A stretch of 64,000 nt of DNA from an uncultured Nitrososphaerota archaeon (GCA_963799845.1 CAWCYI010000006.1:128001-192000); one strand, 5' to 3'; positions 39,384 to 50,298 are shown, numbered from the stretch's first letter. Numbers and translations are program-made. Notes: generated by a model not told the origin, from the sequence alone.

Positions 39384-40183
39384 TCAATTACTCCGCGAAT
39401 AAATCTTTGTCGCGAGGACATTATTATCCCCGCGAAGCAATCTAGACAGCCTTGTTCTCTTTGACCCGTTTACGAAGAACACGTCTGCCCCGAGCTTTGA
39501 TAATTCCAAACCGGTAGTTATTTTCGATTGCAAACCCCCAGTTACGTCGAAGTCTCTGATTCTACTTTTGACTTGTAGCTCACCATTTAGTTCTCGAATT
39601 ATCGGGCCGTTCAATTCAGCAGATCTATAAACGCCGTCAACATCCATGGCGAATATTGCTTTTCTGACTCGAAATTTTCTTGCTAGAGCTCAAGGCGATC
39701 TTGTCGCCAGAAATAATGTAAGAGCCGTTTTCCAAAACAGAGATGTTTCCGAAGGTGATCGGTACGAGTCCGCTTTCTAGCATTGAAGAGATCCGAGATT
39801 CTCCAGTAGGAGTAACGGAATCTCCATTTTTTGAAAGTATCTCGATTGGAAGGATTGTTCCGCAAAAGACTCCGGCAGAGTTCAATTCTTCAAGCATGAT
39901 GGAATGAAGTTTGATCATCGCAGATGCAGTCCTCAGCTAATCCTTCGGGCGAGACGTTTCTTTCCAGAACTGTTCCTAAGCCAAATTTTTTTGCGAAGAA
40001 ATGGCCAAAGGAGCCACCGCCATGAATAAGGACCAATTGCAGGGCTTTGTCCGTCGAAATTGCCTGTGAAATTTCTCGACAGAGTAATTTCATTTTTGGA
40101 ATGTTTGCGCTTTCGGGAATATCCTTGTTTGTAATTAGACTCCCGCCCAGCTTCACAATTACGAGATTTTCGATTCTTCCCAT
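39384..40183 (-). CDS. ipk: Isopentenyl phosphate kinase, split over three frames
   Basis: VKLGGSLIT, HGGGSFGH, IISGD, DVDGVY, DVTGG found in consecutive fragments. Confidence 0.88.
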
Positions 40184-41121
40184 CGAAGACCTTCCTGAGG
40201 AATCTCGGTTATGAAGCTATAGGGATAATGCTCTAAAGACGATTTTAGAACAACATCGATCGCTTCTGGTCGGGTCGAAACGATTACACTGCCACCACCG
40301 CCCGCTCCGGTTAATTTTGATCCGAGAACATTTTTCCCTGAAATCCTTTCAATAAGCTCGTCCAGTTGCGAAGTCGACACATTTATCCAAGATAACTGAC
40401 TCTGGGCAGTCGTGAATAACGATCCCAAGCGATCCATATCTTTCGAAATCGCAGCTTCAACAACCTCCTGGCTGACGTATGACGCAGCCTTGACTAACTG
40501 AGCGAAGTAGTGAGGAAATTTCTCCTTTCGTCGCGCGACCTTTGCTATCAATCGAGACGTGCTCCGTTTTTTTCCAGAAAAAATGACTACCAAACTGAAT
40601 GATTCTGGAACCGGTATCTCTGTCGTACCGGTTTTCCTGTCGAACAAGATGAGACCCCCCGAAATGCTCGCTTGAATGTCCAATCCTGAAGGATTGCCAT
40701 GAACTTTTTTCTCGCCCGCTAATGCTTCCTCAGATATCGTTTTCCGATCCAGCGAAAGGCCAAGGAATCTGGAAAGAGCAGCAACAGATGCTACAGATAC
40801 GGCCGCAGACGAGCCCAAACCAGATCCGGCTGGTATCTCAGAAGAAACGGAAATTTCAAACGATCTCTTATCCCTGGACGATCTCGCTAGAACGTTCCTA
40901 ACTACTGTCTTGACCACGACAAAGCTACCGTCGTCCAAATCGAAATTTGAACGAATATTATCAGAAACTATTCGTGATCTTGCATCGGCGTCTATTTCGC
41001 GAACTGTAACGTATACTCTTTTGTTAATCGCTGCAGCAACCGCTAATGATCCGTGGACCACAAAATGTTCTCCCGAGAGTATGATTTTTCCAGGTGCGCT
41101 GGCGGCTACTTGGTGAATCAT
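40159..41121 (-). CDS. mvk: Mevalonate kinase
   Basis: APGKIILSGEHFVVHG, PAGSGLGSSAA, HGNPSGLD, KLTGAGGGG. Confidence 0.95.
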   Translation of the reverse strand: MIHQVAASAPGKIILSGEHFVVHGSLAVAAAINKRVYVTVREIDADARSRIVSDNIRSNFDLDDGSFVVVKTVVRNVLARSSRDKRSFEISVSSEIPAGSGLGSSAAVSVASVAALSRFLGLSLDRKTISEEALAGEKKVHGNPSGLDIQASISGGLILFDRKTGTTEIPVPESFSLVVIFSGKKRSTSRLIAKVARRKEKFPHYFAQLVKAASYVSQEVVEAAISKDMDRLGSLFTTAQSQLSWINVSTSQLDELIERISGKNVLGSKLTGAGGGGSVIVSTRPEAIDVVLKSSLEHYPYSFITEIPQEGLRWEESKIS

Positions 41122-42009
41122 GCAAAGTGCACCGACGGATAGCCAACAACGGAGGACTTGTCCCCAGATGTATCTCCACTTGTGGCATACTTCAGAATCT
41201 CTCCCTTCCTTTTACTTAATTTCTGTGAAAGCTGCATGGTAGCTGCGATGGCGCCGTATCCGCACGCCGACAAGTTCAATTTTTCAATTACCGTGTAAAA
41301 AGCGGGAATGTCCATTTTTTCAACTTCCTTGAGGAGCTTCGAGTCCTTCGCAAATGCTCTTTCGTATGGTTCATAATGAGTGAGATCGCTTGATCCTAAC
41401 ACAACAAAAGGAACATCCACTTCGTCGATCATGCGAAATAATTCATTTCCCACCTCTTTTGAAGTCTCAAAATCTTGGAGCATCATGCAAATCGGCAGAA
41501 TCGAGACCTTTTCAATTAGTGTTCCAGCCATTGCTTGTAGGAACGGAATCTGAACCTCGATCGAGTGTTCCCTAGAATGAGCCACGTCATCTAGGTCGAT
41601 GATGCTGGACCTTTCTGTCAATCGTTTCGCAAGTTCAAGATCAACTTTCACTTTTCCAATTGGCGTTTCCCAAAATTCGGAGTTTGAGAGGGCAACACCA
41701 CTTCCAATGCCATAGTGATTAGGTCCGAGAATAATTACGACGACCTTCTTTTCACTATTGAATGATTGGAAGAAATCGTGAATCAGATCGAAAGCTGTGA
41801 GCGGCAACTGGACCAGAATAAATGTAACCGGCGTGTGGAACCAATAGAGATTCCACTCTGCTAACTTTTCTTTCCTTGACCGACTTGGAAGGAAACTTTC
41901 CGGGACCGATTGGATCGGTGAACGATCTGTGAATTAGTTCGAAAAGCTCGTCTCTATCAGAGGGGTAAAACTGGCCGGCGACGCTCGGAGGTCTTGTCTT
42001 TGAACCCAA
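41118..42009 (-). CDS. MEMO1 family protein (AmmeMemoRadiSam B); one frameshift
   Basis: RPPSVAGQFYP, VPHAGYIYSG, GPNHYG, EHSIEVQIPFLQ, SSDLTHY. Confidence 0.9.
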
Positions 42010-42042
42010 TTACTTAGCATCGTTCTGGAGACAATACGAAAA

Positions 42043-42714
42043 CTATTCGTAAGATCGCTCTTCGTCTTCTTCTACTAGCTTCGTCTCAAAATCCTCTATT
42101 GAATACTTCAGCTGCTGGTCAGAGTTTAGAGCACCGCTGTGCATCAATACGTATCTAGCAAGCAACCAGAAGATTGCGGCGAGCGCGCTCCTTCCTCGAT
42201 TGTTGGCTGGGATCACAACATCGACGTTGGCCGTTACATTGTCCGTGTCACAGATTGCTACCACGGGGATTCCCAGTTTTGACGCCTCGTCCAGCGCTTG
42301 ATAGTCAACTGCCGGATCGGCAACGACTACAATTTCTGGGTCAAGGTGGCGGGGAAAAAGTGGATTAGTAAAAGTACCAGGCATGAATCTTCCGGTGAGC
42401 GCTTTGGCGCCCGTCGCCTCGCAAAACTTGTCGATTGGAGTCTTGGCATACTCCCTTGCTGAATAAACTACTACCCTTGAGATTTCAGAACGGGCGATGA
42501 ACTTGGCAGCGATGTCGATTCTGCTAAGAGTCTTTGAAACATCAATGACGTGAAGACCGTTAGCCTGCGTCCTGCTCACAAACTGAGCCATACTTTTCGT
42601 CTTTACTAGAGTACCGATTCTAATGCCTGTTGAAAGAAGGGCTCTCTCAGACAAACCTGGGGCAATTGTTGCCTCGGCCGACCCTTCGTCCTCTACTTCG
42701 TCGCTTTGAGCCAA
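42043..42714 (-). CDS. rps2: 30S ribosomal protein S2
   Basis: GRFMPGTFTNP, CDTDN, IPANNRG. Confidence 0.96.
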   Translation of the reverse strand: MAQSDEVEDEGSAEATIAPGLSERALLSTGIRIGTLVKTKSMAQFVSRTQANGLHVIDVSKTLSRIDIAAKFIARSEISRVVVYSAREYAKTPIDKFCEATGAKALTGRFMPGTFTNPLFPRHLDPEIVVVADPAVDYQALDEASKLGIPVVAICDTDNVTANVDVVIPANNRGRSALAAIFWLLARYVLMHSGALNSDQQLKYSIEDFETKLVEEDEERSYE

Positions 42715-42791
42715 AATTGGAAATACCGATAATACCGAACTGTTGTTTTTGTTTATAAAATGCTTACCGTGGGATCGGCGCTATCGGAATT

Positions 42792-43325
42792 TTAGCCGAT
42801 GTACGAAGTACTCGAACTATCGAATTTCTGAACGACCTCGAACTCTTTCGAAAAAGGCTGCTGAGAAAGAGACTGAAGCTGTGGGTACAACTCGAGCCAG
42901 TTTGCGCTCGCCAGCTTGACGCTCGGATGATCTGGGCCCAGGGCATCGCTGGAAACTCGCTGGGACACTCTGCGAACCTCAACTTCATCCAAATATCCCA
43001 GACTGTGCAAATACTCGTGAAGGAGAATCATAAACACGAAGGCGTTGATTTCCTTCGGGTTCTTGGTCACAGCCTGCATTCCGTTGATTAGAGATTTGTT
43101 TACAACGATGATATTGGCGCCGACTGGGTGATACGCTCCAACCGTACTTGGCATGTTCGCCAAAACAAGGCTGAGTCCTGCCCTGTGCGCACCCAGTTCT
43201 TCTTCGACAACTCTCTTCACTAGCTCGAATATTTCGTCAAAATTCTGCGCTCTATCTACACGTCTAGCGAGATCTTCCTGCCTCTCCTTCCTTGTTATGA
43301 AAAAGGAACCTGAGTTATCTTTCAT
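42792..43325 (-). CDS. Zincin-like metallopeptidase
   Basis: LLHEYLHSLGYLDE. Confidence 0.75.
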   Translation of the reverse strand: MKDNSGSFFITRKERQEDLARRVDRAQNFDEIFELVKRVVEEELGAHRAGLSLVLANMPSTVGAYHPVGANIIVVNKSLINGMQAVTKNPKEINAFVFMILLHEYLHSLGYLDEVEVRRVSQRVSSDALGPDHPSVKLASANWLELYPQLQSLSQQPFSKEFEVVQKFDSSSTSYIG

Positions 43326-43352
43326 GCTCTGTAGGGATCACTCTTGTTTAAC

Positions 43353-43695
43353 TTAGGCGATCTGATTTTTGGAAAGTAGTTTCTCATAAAATTCTGAAGG
43401 CGCTGCACCGATGGCTTGATCAACGAGCTTTCCCATCTTTGAAAACCATTATCGTTGGAATACTCATGATATTGTACTTCATTGCAAGCTCCTGATTATC
43501 GTCGACATTAACCTTCACAACTTTGACTTTTCCGGAGTACTTACCGGCAAGCTTCTCGATCACCGGCGAAACCATTCTGCATGGACCACACCATGGAGCC
43601 CAAAAGTCCACCATTACCGGGACATTCGATTGTTCCACTTCCTTTTTCCAGTTGGAGTCTGTTCCAACAACTATTTGTGGTGAAGCGTTTGACAT
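43353..43695 (-). CDS. trxA: Thioredoxin (1-nt insertion near 43430)
   Basis: [12 protein letters not shown]; C-terminus [10 protein letters not shown]... continues in the adjacent frame to TAA at 43353. Confidence 0.93.
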
Positions 43696-43764
43696 AAGTT
43701 CCTAATTAGCACCCGATTATATTTAAGGGTTCTGTCCCGAACTTCCGTAACTAGTCCCGAATAA

Positions 43765-44049
43765 TCATTCTGATATTAGTTTGAAACATATCCTACGCCG
43801 ACCCAACTCGGAATCCCCTTTTTTCAGATATGCCTCGACTATTCCAATTCTTTCAAGTAAATCCATGTGATCCATAACCGTAGAATATGAAGCCCCCGTC
43901 TCCTTCGCAAGATCGTCCGCCGTTTTGTCAGACCTTTCCAGTGCCTGAAGGATCTTCACGCGAGTGTCGCATGGTGTCACGAGTTTGAAACCAGAAATCT
44001 CGATCACACAGAACGAACCCATTCTGCTTGAGATTTCCCTGACCTTCAT
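43765..44049 (-). CDS. ArsR-like winged-helix regulator
   Basis: TRVKILQAL...ADDLAKETGASYSTVMDHMDLLE. Confidence 0.85.
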   Translation of the reverse strand: MKVREISSRMGSFCVIEISGFKLVTPCDTRVKILQALERSDKTADDLAKETGASYSTVMDHMDLLERIGIVEAYLKKGDSELGRRRICFKLISE

Positions 44050-44093
44050 ACTAAAAAAGTACGTGCAATCCTGGCTTTTTAGCGTTTAGCCCA

Positions 44094-44111
44094 AGTCCCG
44101 AATAATCGGGA
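44094..44111. promoter_or_regulatory. Palindromic operator TCCCGA-N4-TCGGGA, with a 14-bp copy at 43753-43766
   Basis: AGTCCCGAATAATC occurs upstream of both the ArsR gene and trxA. Confidence 0.55.
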
Positions 44112-44118
44112 TTGAAAC

Positions 44119-44355
44119 CTAATATCTATCGCTAGAGAATTCTAGATGTCTCTTCCACATTGCCTCGTTGTACGGCATTAACTGGTCTATGACATCCATG
44201 CTGGAGATGAGCATCCTTCTACAGCAGTACCTCTTTAGGCCCAGAGAGTTCAGAACCTTTGCAGGGTCCTCCCCGTTTTTCACTTGATTTACAAACTCGT
44301 TGTACTTGTCGGCAACGAGATTGCCGCAGGTAAAGCATCTAACTGGAACGATCAT
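44119..44355 (-). CDS. rpoN: RNA polymerase subunit Rpo10 (N)
   Basis: PVRCFTCG...RYCCRRM. Confidence 0.97.
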   Translation of the reverse strand: MIVPVRCFTCGNLVADKYNEFVNQVKNGEDPAKVLNSLGLKRYCCRRMLISSMDVIDQLMPYNEAMWKRHLEFSSDRY

Positions 44356-44362
44356 GTTCTAA

Positions 44363-44779
44363 CTACCTGTATGATTTCTGTTTCCTTCTTCTGGCGCCCG
44401 GTCCGCCGAACTTTTTCGATTCAGACTGCCTTGCGTCGCCAGATAACAGATGAACGTCGTGTTCAATAATTCTTTTGCGCAACTCCTGTCCCCTTGTCCA
44501 GTCAACTAGGGCTTTGGATATAGCCATAGCGGAAGCTTCTGCTTGACCCATGAAGCCTCCTCCAGAAACTCTGACATCAATGTCAACTTTGTCACGTAGC
44601 TCTCCCGAAAGTACAAGAGGAGTCATCACTCGCTGGCGAGAAACGGTAGGAGTCATAATCTCCACCGGTACATTGTTTACTCGTATCTTTCCGGTCCCGG
44701 GCATTATGGCCGCTGTCGCTCTTGCTTGCTTTCGAGCTCCTGCATACAACTTGGTTTTTCTTGCAGTAACCATCTTCAA
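44363..44779 (-). CDS. rps9: 30S ribosomal protein S9
   Basis: GGGFMGQA, KKFGGPGARRRKQKSYR. Confidence 0.97.
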   Translation of the reverse strand: MKMVTARKTKLYAGARKQARATAAIMPGTGKIRVNNVPVEIMTPTVSRQRVMTPLVLSGELRDKVDIDVRVSGGGFMGQAEASAMAISKALVDWTRGQELRKRIIEHDVHLLSGDARQSESKKFGGPGARRRKQKSYR

Positions 44780-44784
44780 TCACT

Positions 44785-45282
44785 CTATTCTGTGGGCGCG
44801 CCTTTCCAACCTATTCTTTCTGCCACTTCGCCTAACGGGACATAATATGCGAGCGGCTTTGTTGCTCTTGCTTCCTCGAAATTTATGAACGAAATTTTTT
44901 CTAGCCCCTTCGGAACATCGGTGTAAACTCTCAACCTCCTCAGCGCAGAAATTCCACTCGGCTTCGTCCTGGGAATCATTCCTCTGACCATTCTAGTCAT
45001 GATACCGGCAGGCGTTCTCGGATGGAATGGACCGTGCTTTGGGTGGACGACGCTGGCTATCTTGAGCCTTTCAAAGAAATCGCCCATGACACTCGATCTG
45101 TGACCGCTGAAAAGCGCCTTGTCAGCGTGAATGATGACGACGCTATTGCCTGTAAGTAAAAGCTTTGCAACCTTCGAGCACATGCGTCCGATAATCTGTC
45201 CGCTAGCATCAACAAAATATTTGGTCGGCGCTTCCGATTTCTTCTCCATCTGGAGAGTCGGCTCTTGCAACGAGCTAGCCAA
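44785..45282 (-). CDS. rpl13: 50S ribosomal protein L13
   Basis: DASGQIIGR...GPFHPRTP...VRGMIP. Confidence 0.95.
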   Translation of the reverse strand: MASSLQEPTLQMEKKSEAPTKYFVDASGQIIGRMCSKVAKLLLTGNSVVIIHADKALFSGHRSSVMGDFFERLKIASVVHPKHGPFHPRTPAGIMTRMVRGMIPRTKPSGISALRRLRVYTDVPKGLEKISFINFEEARATKPLAYYVPLGEVAERIGWKGAPTE

Positions 45283-45625
45283 GTAGCAACACGCCCTTTA
45301 CCGAAGCATTAGTGTCCATAAATTCTCTTACACTCAAACAACTTCCCCCGGAAGCTTTGATTTTCGCTCTCGCATCCTTTGAAAAGGAAAACGCTCCAAC
45401 AGTTACTTTGTGATCGATCGCTCCCAAACCCAGCACTTTTCCTGGAACGAGGATCTTAGCACCGTCCTTCGAGTTCCGTGAAATATCCGAGACGTTTACC
45501 TCAGGTCTGTTTTTCCGGCTTGCGAGAACAGCTTCTGATGCGTCGCCCCAGATCATCTGTTTTGATTTCTTGGAATGTCTTTCCAGATCAAAGCCAAGTT
45601 TTAACCTGAATTCATTTTCCTTCAT
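45275..45625 (-). CDS. rpl18e: 50S ribosomal protein L18e
   Basis: EVNVSDI, VPGKVLG, AFSFS..A..KI. Confidence 0.93.
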   Translation of the reverse strand: MKENEFRLKLGFDLERHSKKSKQMIWGDASEAVLASRKNRPEVNVSDISRNSKDGAKILVPGKVLGLGAIDHKVTVGAFSFSKDARAKIKASGGSCLSVREFMDTNASVKGVLLLG

Positions 45626-45637
45626 TCTAAATCACCA

Positions 45638-46282
45638 CTACTCGGCCAAAAGCTGGGCAGAAAATTCCTGAAGACTCTTCTGAAGCTTCTCTATGGATCT
45701 GATAAAGATCTCGGGAGCGGGGATTGAGCCGACTGATTCAATATACAACTCGTATTCATCAGGCTTACCGGTTTCGGATAGAACAGAAGCGGAAGTCGCT
45801 TGCCACTTTGCATGCTCGCTTCCCTTTCCAAGTCTGGCGTAAGCCTCGAGTTTTACTTTTTGCCCAGGCGCCAGCTTCACAATAGGGATAAGATCACTTA
45901 TGGGTTTAGTCTCTGGATCTTCTGAAACAAGATCGCCCGAATTTACAGTTCTAATCTTGTCGGTCGCCTCTGCATCCAACACAAGTAGCACCCGGCACTT
46001 AGGACATCCTAGCGCGCTCTTACAATCGCAATCCTCTGGAAGGTTGTATCTATTCAAGTCAGTCTTTAGCGGAATTAGACCCAACCTGTGTGCGACTAGT
46101 TCATCGAACATTACGGAAGAGTTCTCCAATATCACGACATCGTCAATGGCCATAGTAGGAACTTGCGAAATAGCAATCCTTCTAATTGCGTTCGCGTAGG
46201 CCCTCTCGACACCCTTCATCCGAAGCCTAATTCGGGAGGGCTGAGACTCTATTACATCAATTGTTACCACTAGAATAAACAC
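45638..46282 (-). CDS. rpoD: RNA polymerase subunit Rpo3 (D)
   Basis: ANAIRR...VPTMAID, DELVAHRLGLIPL, HAKWQ. Confidence 0.96.
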   Translation of the reverse strand: MFILVVTIDVIESQPSRIRLRMKGVERAYANAIRRIAISQVPTMAIDDVVILENSSVMFDELVAHRLGLIPLKTDLNRYNLPEDCDCKSALGCPKCRVLLVLDAEATDKIRTVNSGDLVSEDPETKPISDLIPIVKLAPGQKVKLEAYARLGKGSEHAKWQATSASVLSETGKPDEYELYIESVGSIPAPEIFIRSIEKLQKSLQEFSAQLLAE

Positions 46283-46450
46283 TTCTCAAACAAAAATGAC
46301 AGAACGAAACTAATCGTAACAGAACCTCTGGGCTTGATGAGTTTAAAACCTTAACGGGTAGCATGATTTCTGCCGTTAACTTAAGCGTGATTTGAACCGA
46401 ACGGCCTATGGCCCAGACTGTCTGAAACCCTTCGTCATGATGTTAGGATT

Positions 46451-47487
46451 TCTCTTTTCCGACAATTATTTCGCAAGCTGGTAAATAGGAGTAGACTGGG
46501 AGAGTTTTGGAAGAGCGTAACAAAGCGTTACGAGAAACATGTGCCCGCGAAGCTTGATAGCGACAAGATCAGTTACCTCTTCAGAGCTAGAGAAAGGGGC
46601 GAGACCTGCGCAAACATTGCTCTCCAGCTCGGGGTGTCAAAGAGGAGGGTTGAGCAGATACTTGCCCAGCACAGGAAAGGTGGGGGTGCGCCTCTCCTCC
46701 TCAAGAAACCAGGAAGGAAAAGCATTCCAATTACCGACGAGGAAACTTCGCTCGTCATTGATGCTTATCAGAGATACAGGGCAAACGCCCTCTACCTTGA
46801 ACGAAAGATCGAGAGCGATAGCAAGATTCACATCAACCACAACAGGATACACAGGGTGCTCCTGATGAACTCCTTTGCGTCAAACTCTAGGAAGAAGTGG
46901 ATAAGGAGGAAGTGGGTCAGATACGAGAGGGAACACTCGAATTCATTATGGCATACGGACTGGCACGAGGTAAAGGATCCGAGGTGGAAGGGCAAGTGGC
47001 TCACCTGCTATGAGGATGATGCTTCTCGTCTCATTACCGGATTTGGGGTCCATGAAACGCTGACCTCGGAGTACTCTGTTTCCTGTCTTGAGAGCGCCAT
47101 GAAGGAACACGGCAAACCTGCATCGATCCTATCCGACCACGGAACCACATTTTACACGATGGAATCTGAGAGGAGGGAGAAGGGGATGACAGAATTCGAG
47201 AGGTGTCTCTTGAAGCACAAGATAAGATTCATCCTCGGAAGAGTCAACCACCCCCAGACGAACGGCAAGATCGAGAAGTTCTTCGACATATTCGAGAGTA
47301 AGATCAAGTGGTTCTCCTCGATAGATGAGTTCATGAAGTGGTACAATGAAGTGAGGCCTCATGGAGCCCTTGACCTCAAGACGCCAACCCAGGCTTACTA
47401 CGAGAAGATGCCGCAGTTAGATGCTCTTGAATATCCTTTGTCTATGGAGGTCTCCTGACAGATGCGAAATGATTTCTGGAAAAAACA
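46451..47487 (+). mobile_element. IS481-family IS
   Basis: 25-bp TIRs (19/25 match); 15-bp TSD CATGATGTTAGGATT at 46436-46450 and 47488-47502. Confidence 0.92.
46541..47458 (+). CDS. IS481-family DDE transposase
   Basis: RYEREHSNSLWHTDW, DDASR, LSDHGT, HPQTNGKIEK. Confidence 0.95.
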   Translation: MPAKLDSDKISYLFRARERGETCANIALQLGVSKRRVEQILAQHRKGGGAPLLLKKPGRKSIPITDEETSLVIDAYQRYRANALYLERKIESDSKIHINHNRIHRVLLMNSFASNSRKKWIRRKWVRYEREHSNSLWHTDWHEVKDPRWKGKWLTCYEDDASRLITGFGVHETLTSEYSVSCLESAMKEHGKPASILSDHGTTFYTMESERREKGMTEFERCLLKHKIRFILGRVNHPQTNGKIEKFFDIFESKIKWFSSIDEFMKWYNEVRPHGALDLKTPTQAYYEKMPQLDALEYPLSMEVS

Positions 47488-47531
47488 CATGATGTTAGGA
47501 TTGTTCAATGAATTAAACCGAACATTCGAAA

Positions 47532-47993
47532 GTGCCGCAAAAGATTTTCGTAAGTCGAGCGATTCTGGCAGAAGCGGTTGAACTATCCATGGCACGTTCG
47601 TGGGAAGACAGGGTCGCAGAGTATATTGATTCACCAAGACTGCGCCAACGTCTGAAGGTCGATCAACAGATCTCCTGCGTAGTCGATGGTAATTATGGCA
47701 TATACAGAACTCAAGCTTCCTTGAAGAGCAAAACGAAGTCTTTTTCCTGTTCCTGTCCCTCAGACGACTATCCCTGCAAGCATGTGGTCGCCTTGTTACG
47801 GACGTACAAAATCCATCCGCGATCCTTCCTAGATCTTCATGCAATTATGAAAAGGCTAGTCAAGATGGAAAAACCCGAGCTCCTGGAGGTGATCCGTAAG
47901 ATGGTCGTTGAATCTCCGCCATCGCTATCCGCGTTGGGCGTGAAGGGCTTCGACGAACCTCGGATAGACTACGACGAGGAAGAAGGTTGGTGA
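47532..47993 (+). CDS. SWIM zinc-finger protein
   Basis: CSCPSDDYPCKHVVALL (CxC...CxH). Confidence 0.85.
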   Translation: MPQKIFVSRAILAEAVELSMARSWEDRVAEYIDSPRLRQRLKVDQQISCVVDGNYGIYRTQASLKSKTKSFSCSCPSDDYPCKHVVALLRTYKIHPRSFLDLHAIMKRLVKMEKPELLEVIRKMVVESPPSLSALGVKGFDEPRIDYDEEEGW

Positions 47994-48063
47994 TCGAGCA
48001 ATCTATTTGCCTTCTGCTGGAAATAGGAAGGCCTTTATCCTGGGTACGCCCTAACGTATTTTC

Positions 48064-49574
48064 ATGACCGGCTCAAACAACCAGAAGAACGATTATGTGA
48101 AAGGACAAGAAAGGGATCAGCTCATCCTTTTTCCTGGTAGCGTTGAAGAGTACATCGATGAGGATAACGCTGTCAGAGTGATAGATGAATTCGTAGATAG
48201 CCTCAACTTGGAGGAGCTCGGGTTCATTCACTTCGAGCCGAAGGATCTTGGTGGGAGACCAGCTTACAACCCCTATGATCTGCTAAAGCTCTATCTCTAC
48301 GGATATTTGAACGGCATAAGGACGAGCCGGAAACTGGAAAGAGAGTGCAAAAGAAATATCGAACTCATGTGGCTCCTCAGGAAGGTCACACCAGACTTCA
48401 GGACCATCTCAGATTTCAGGAAAGATAATATCGACTGCATCAAGAAAGTGTTCGGGAAGTTTGTTGAGCTTTGCAAGGGTCTTGACCTGATATGAGGAGA
48501 GCTCGTTGGGATCGACGGAACAAGCTCAAGGCTGTCAACTCAAAGGGCAGGAATTTCAACAAGGGGAAGCTCGAATACAGGATAAAACGTCTTGAGGTTC
48601 ACGTAGCCGAGTATCTCAAGGAGCTTCAGGTGAATGATGACAAGACTTCTTCCTTCGCATCATCTTCTTCCATCGCCGATGTCACAGCACAACAACATGC
48701 CAAAGAAGAGATCGCGAAACTCGAATCCAAGAAGACCGAATACAACTATTTACTGGCAAAACTCAAAGAAATGGGACAATCCGAGGTCTCGCTCACCGAT
48801 CCTGAAAGCAGGACAATGAAGAATAATGAGCGGCTAGAACCATGCTACAACGCTCAGGTTTCAGTGGATTCCAAATTTCATCTTATCCCTGAGTATTACG
48901 TAACGAATGAACCAGTTGATCATTCGCAGCTTTCAAAGATTGCAATCAGCACAAAAGAAGTTCTTGGGGTTGGGAGATTGGATGTTACAGCTGATAAGGC
49001 GTACTTCAATTCGCAGAAGATCAAGGAATGTTTAGAGAGCGGAATCGTCACATACGTTCCTGAATTAGGAAAAGACGGAATTGTTGCCAATCCAATCGGC
49101 GTGCCAAAACCCGCGTTTTACAGAAACAAATTTCATTATGACAGTGAGCAAGACATCTACATCTGTCCAGCCAATCAAGAGCTTCTCTTTCGAAAGTGGC
49201 AGACTGACAGGTACGGCAAGAGAATGAAAATCTACAGAACTGAACGCGGAACGTGCAGTGCCTGCCAGTTCAGAGCCAGGTGCACAAAAAGTAGCTCAAG
49301 AGCAATAGAAAGGTGGGAAAGTGAAGAGATAATCGAAGAGTTAAGGTCGAAGCTCAAAACTCGTGAAGCTTCGAAGATAATCGAAAAGAGAAAGGAGCTT
49401 ACTGAACATCCATTTGGAACGATTAAGAGAGCGTTCAATCAGGGTTATTTGCTCTTGAAGGGTCTTCGTAAAGTCAATGGGGAAGTCGGTCTCACAATGC
49501 TATCTTACAATTTGAGGAGAGTAATCAACGTGCTTGGAAGCAAAAATCTCGTCATGGCAATCAAGAAAGCCTAG
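48064..49574 (+). pseudogene. IS1182-family transposase with a nonsense codon and a frameshift
   Basis: GGRPAYNP, SRKLE, PDFRTISDFR, then DLI*GELVGIDG and a frame change to KLKAVNS; TDPESR, YNAQ, ADKAY, EHPFG. Confidence 0.9.
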
Positions 49575-49717
49575 ATACGGAAGAAAAGAAGTCGTGTGAT
49601 GCGGAGAGGCAAAATCCCAGCGAAACTCTAGCCTTGTGGAAACAAAAAAACCAGTGGCAAAATGAGGTTTTCAGACAGTCTGTGCCGAGAGCTCGCTCTC
49701 CTACCATTTGATTTTGA

Positions 49718-50298
49718 ATGATGGAAAGAGAACGAACTCCATTGGAGGTAATATACCACGCCATCTATCTAGTTTTCGAGGGACTGTCCTTCAGGGCATG
49801 CTCTCGAGCAATCGAACCATTCACTAAGAGAAGCCACGTTGCTGTCTGGCAGTGGTGCCAGGAGATGGGCTCGTACGAGAAGATGCACAGATTATTCAGG
49901 CTTGGAAGAGAGCGAGTTAAAATATTCGCAATCGACGAGACGGGAGTGAACGTTGCCGGTGCTGAAGCATACTTTTTCGTCGCATACGAGCCATTCGCAA
50001 ACAGAATCCTTGGATTATATTTCGCGTGGAACCCAAATTCCATATCAGTAGAAATGTTTCTTCGGGATCTAGTGAGCAAGTACGGCCACCATCCTGTCTG
50101 GACGGATGGAGGTGACTGGTACCCTCCAGCTTGTGTGTCGACGAATCTCAAACACCATGTCTACATGCACGGTTCTTGGCTCTGGAAGGTCATGGAGAGG
50201 CAGATGGAGAAGCTGAAGGATAGAACTGAGGGATTCGATGACCTGTTCCCTTGCAGGAGCCACGGTACAAGATGCAGATTGCAACACGTCTTCAATTG
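49718..50298 (+). pseudogene. IS6-family transposase interrupted by an IS481
   Basis: GLSFR, SHVAVWQW, AIDET, TDGGDWY, LKDRTEGFDDLFPC; frame resumes (NWVDL) after 51334. Confidence 0.8.

Larger units (their letters stand above)
46414..49682 (+). mobile_element. IS1182-family element with a passenger gene and a nested IS481
   Basis: 18-bp TIRs CAGACTGTCTGAAA(C/A)CCT at 46414 and ending 49682; flanks GGCC/TGCC. Confidence 0.85.

Noticed and set aside
39336-39384. No isopentenyl diphosphate isomerase gene between ipk and the GGPP synthase gene
   Set aside because: The gene may lie elsewhere in the genome; cannot be judged from this window
15034-43695. Programmed frameshifting in rpoE1, rps6e, ipk, memo and trxA
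   Set aside because: No shared slippery site, mixed directions, scattered across unrelated essential genes; fits sequencing error
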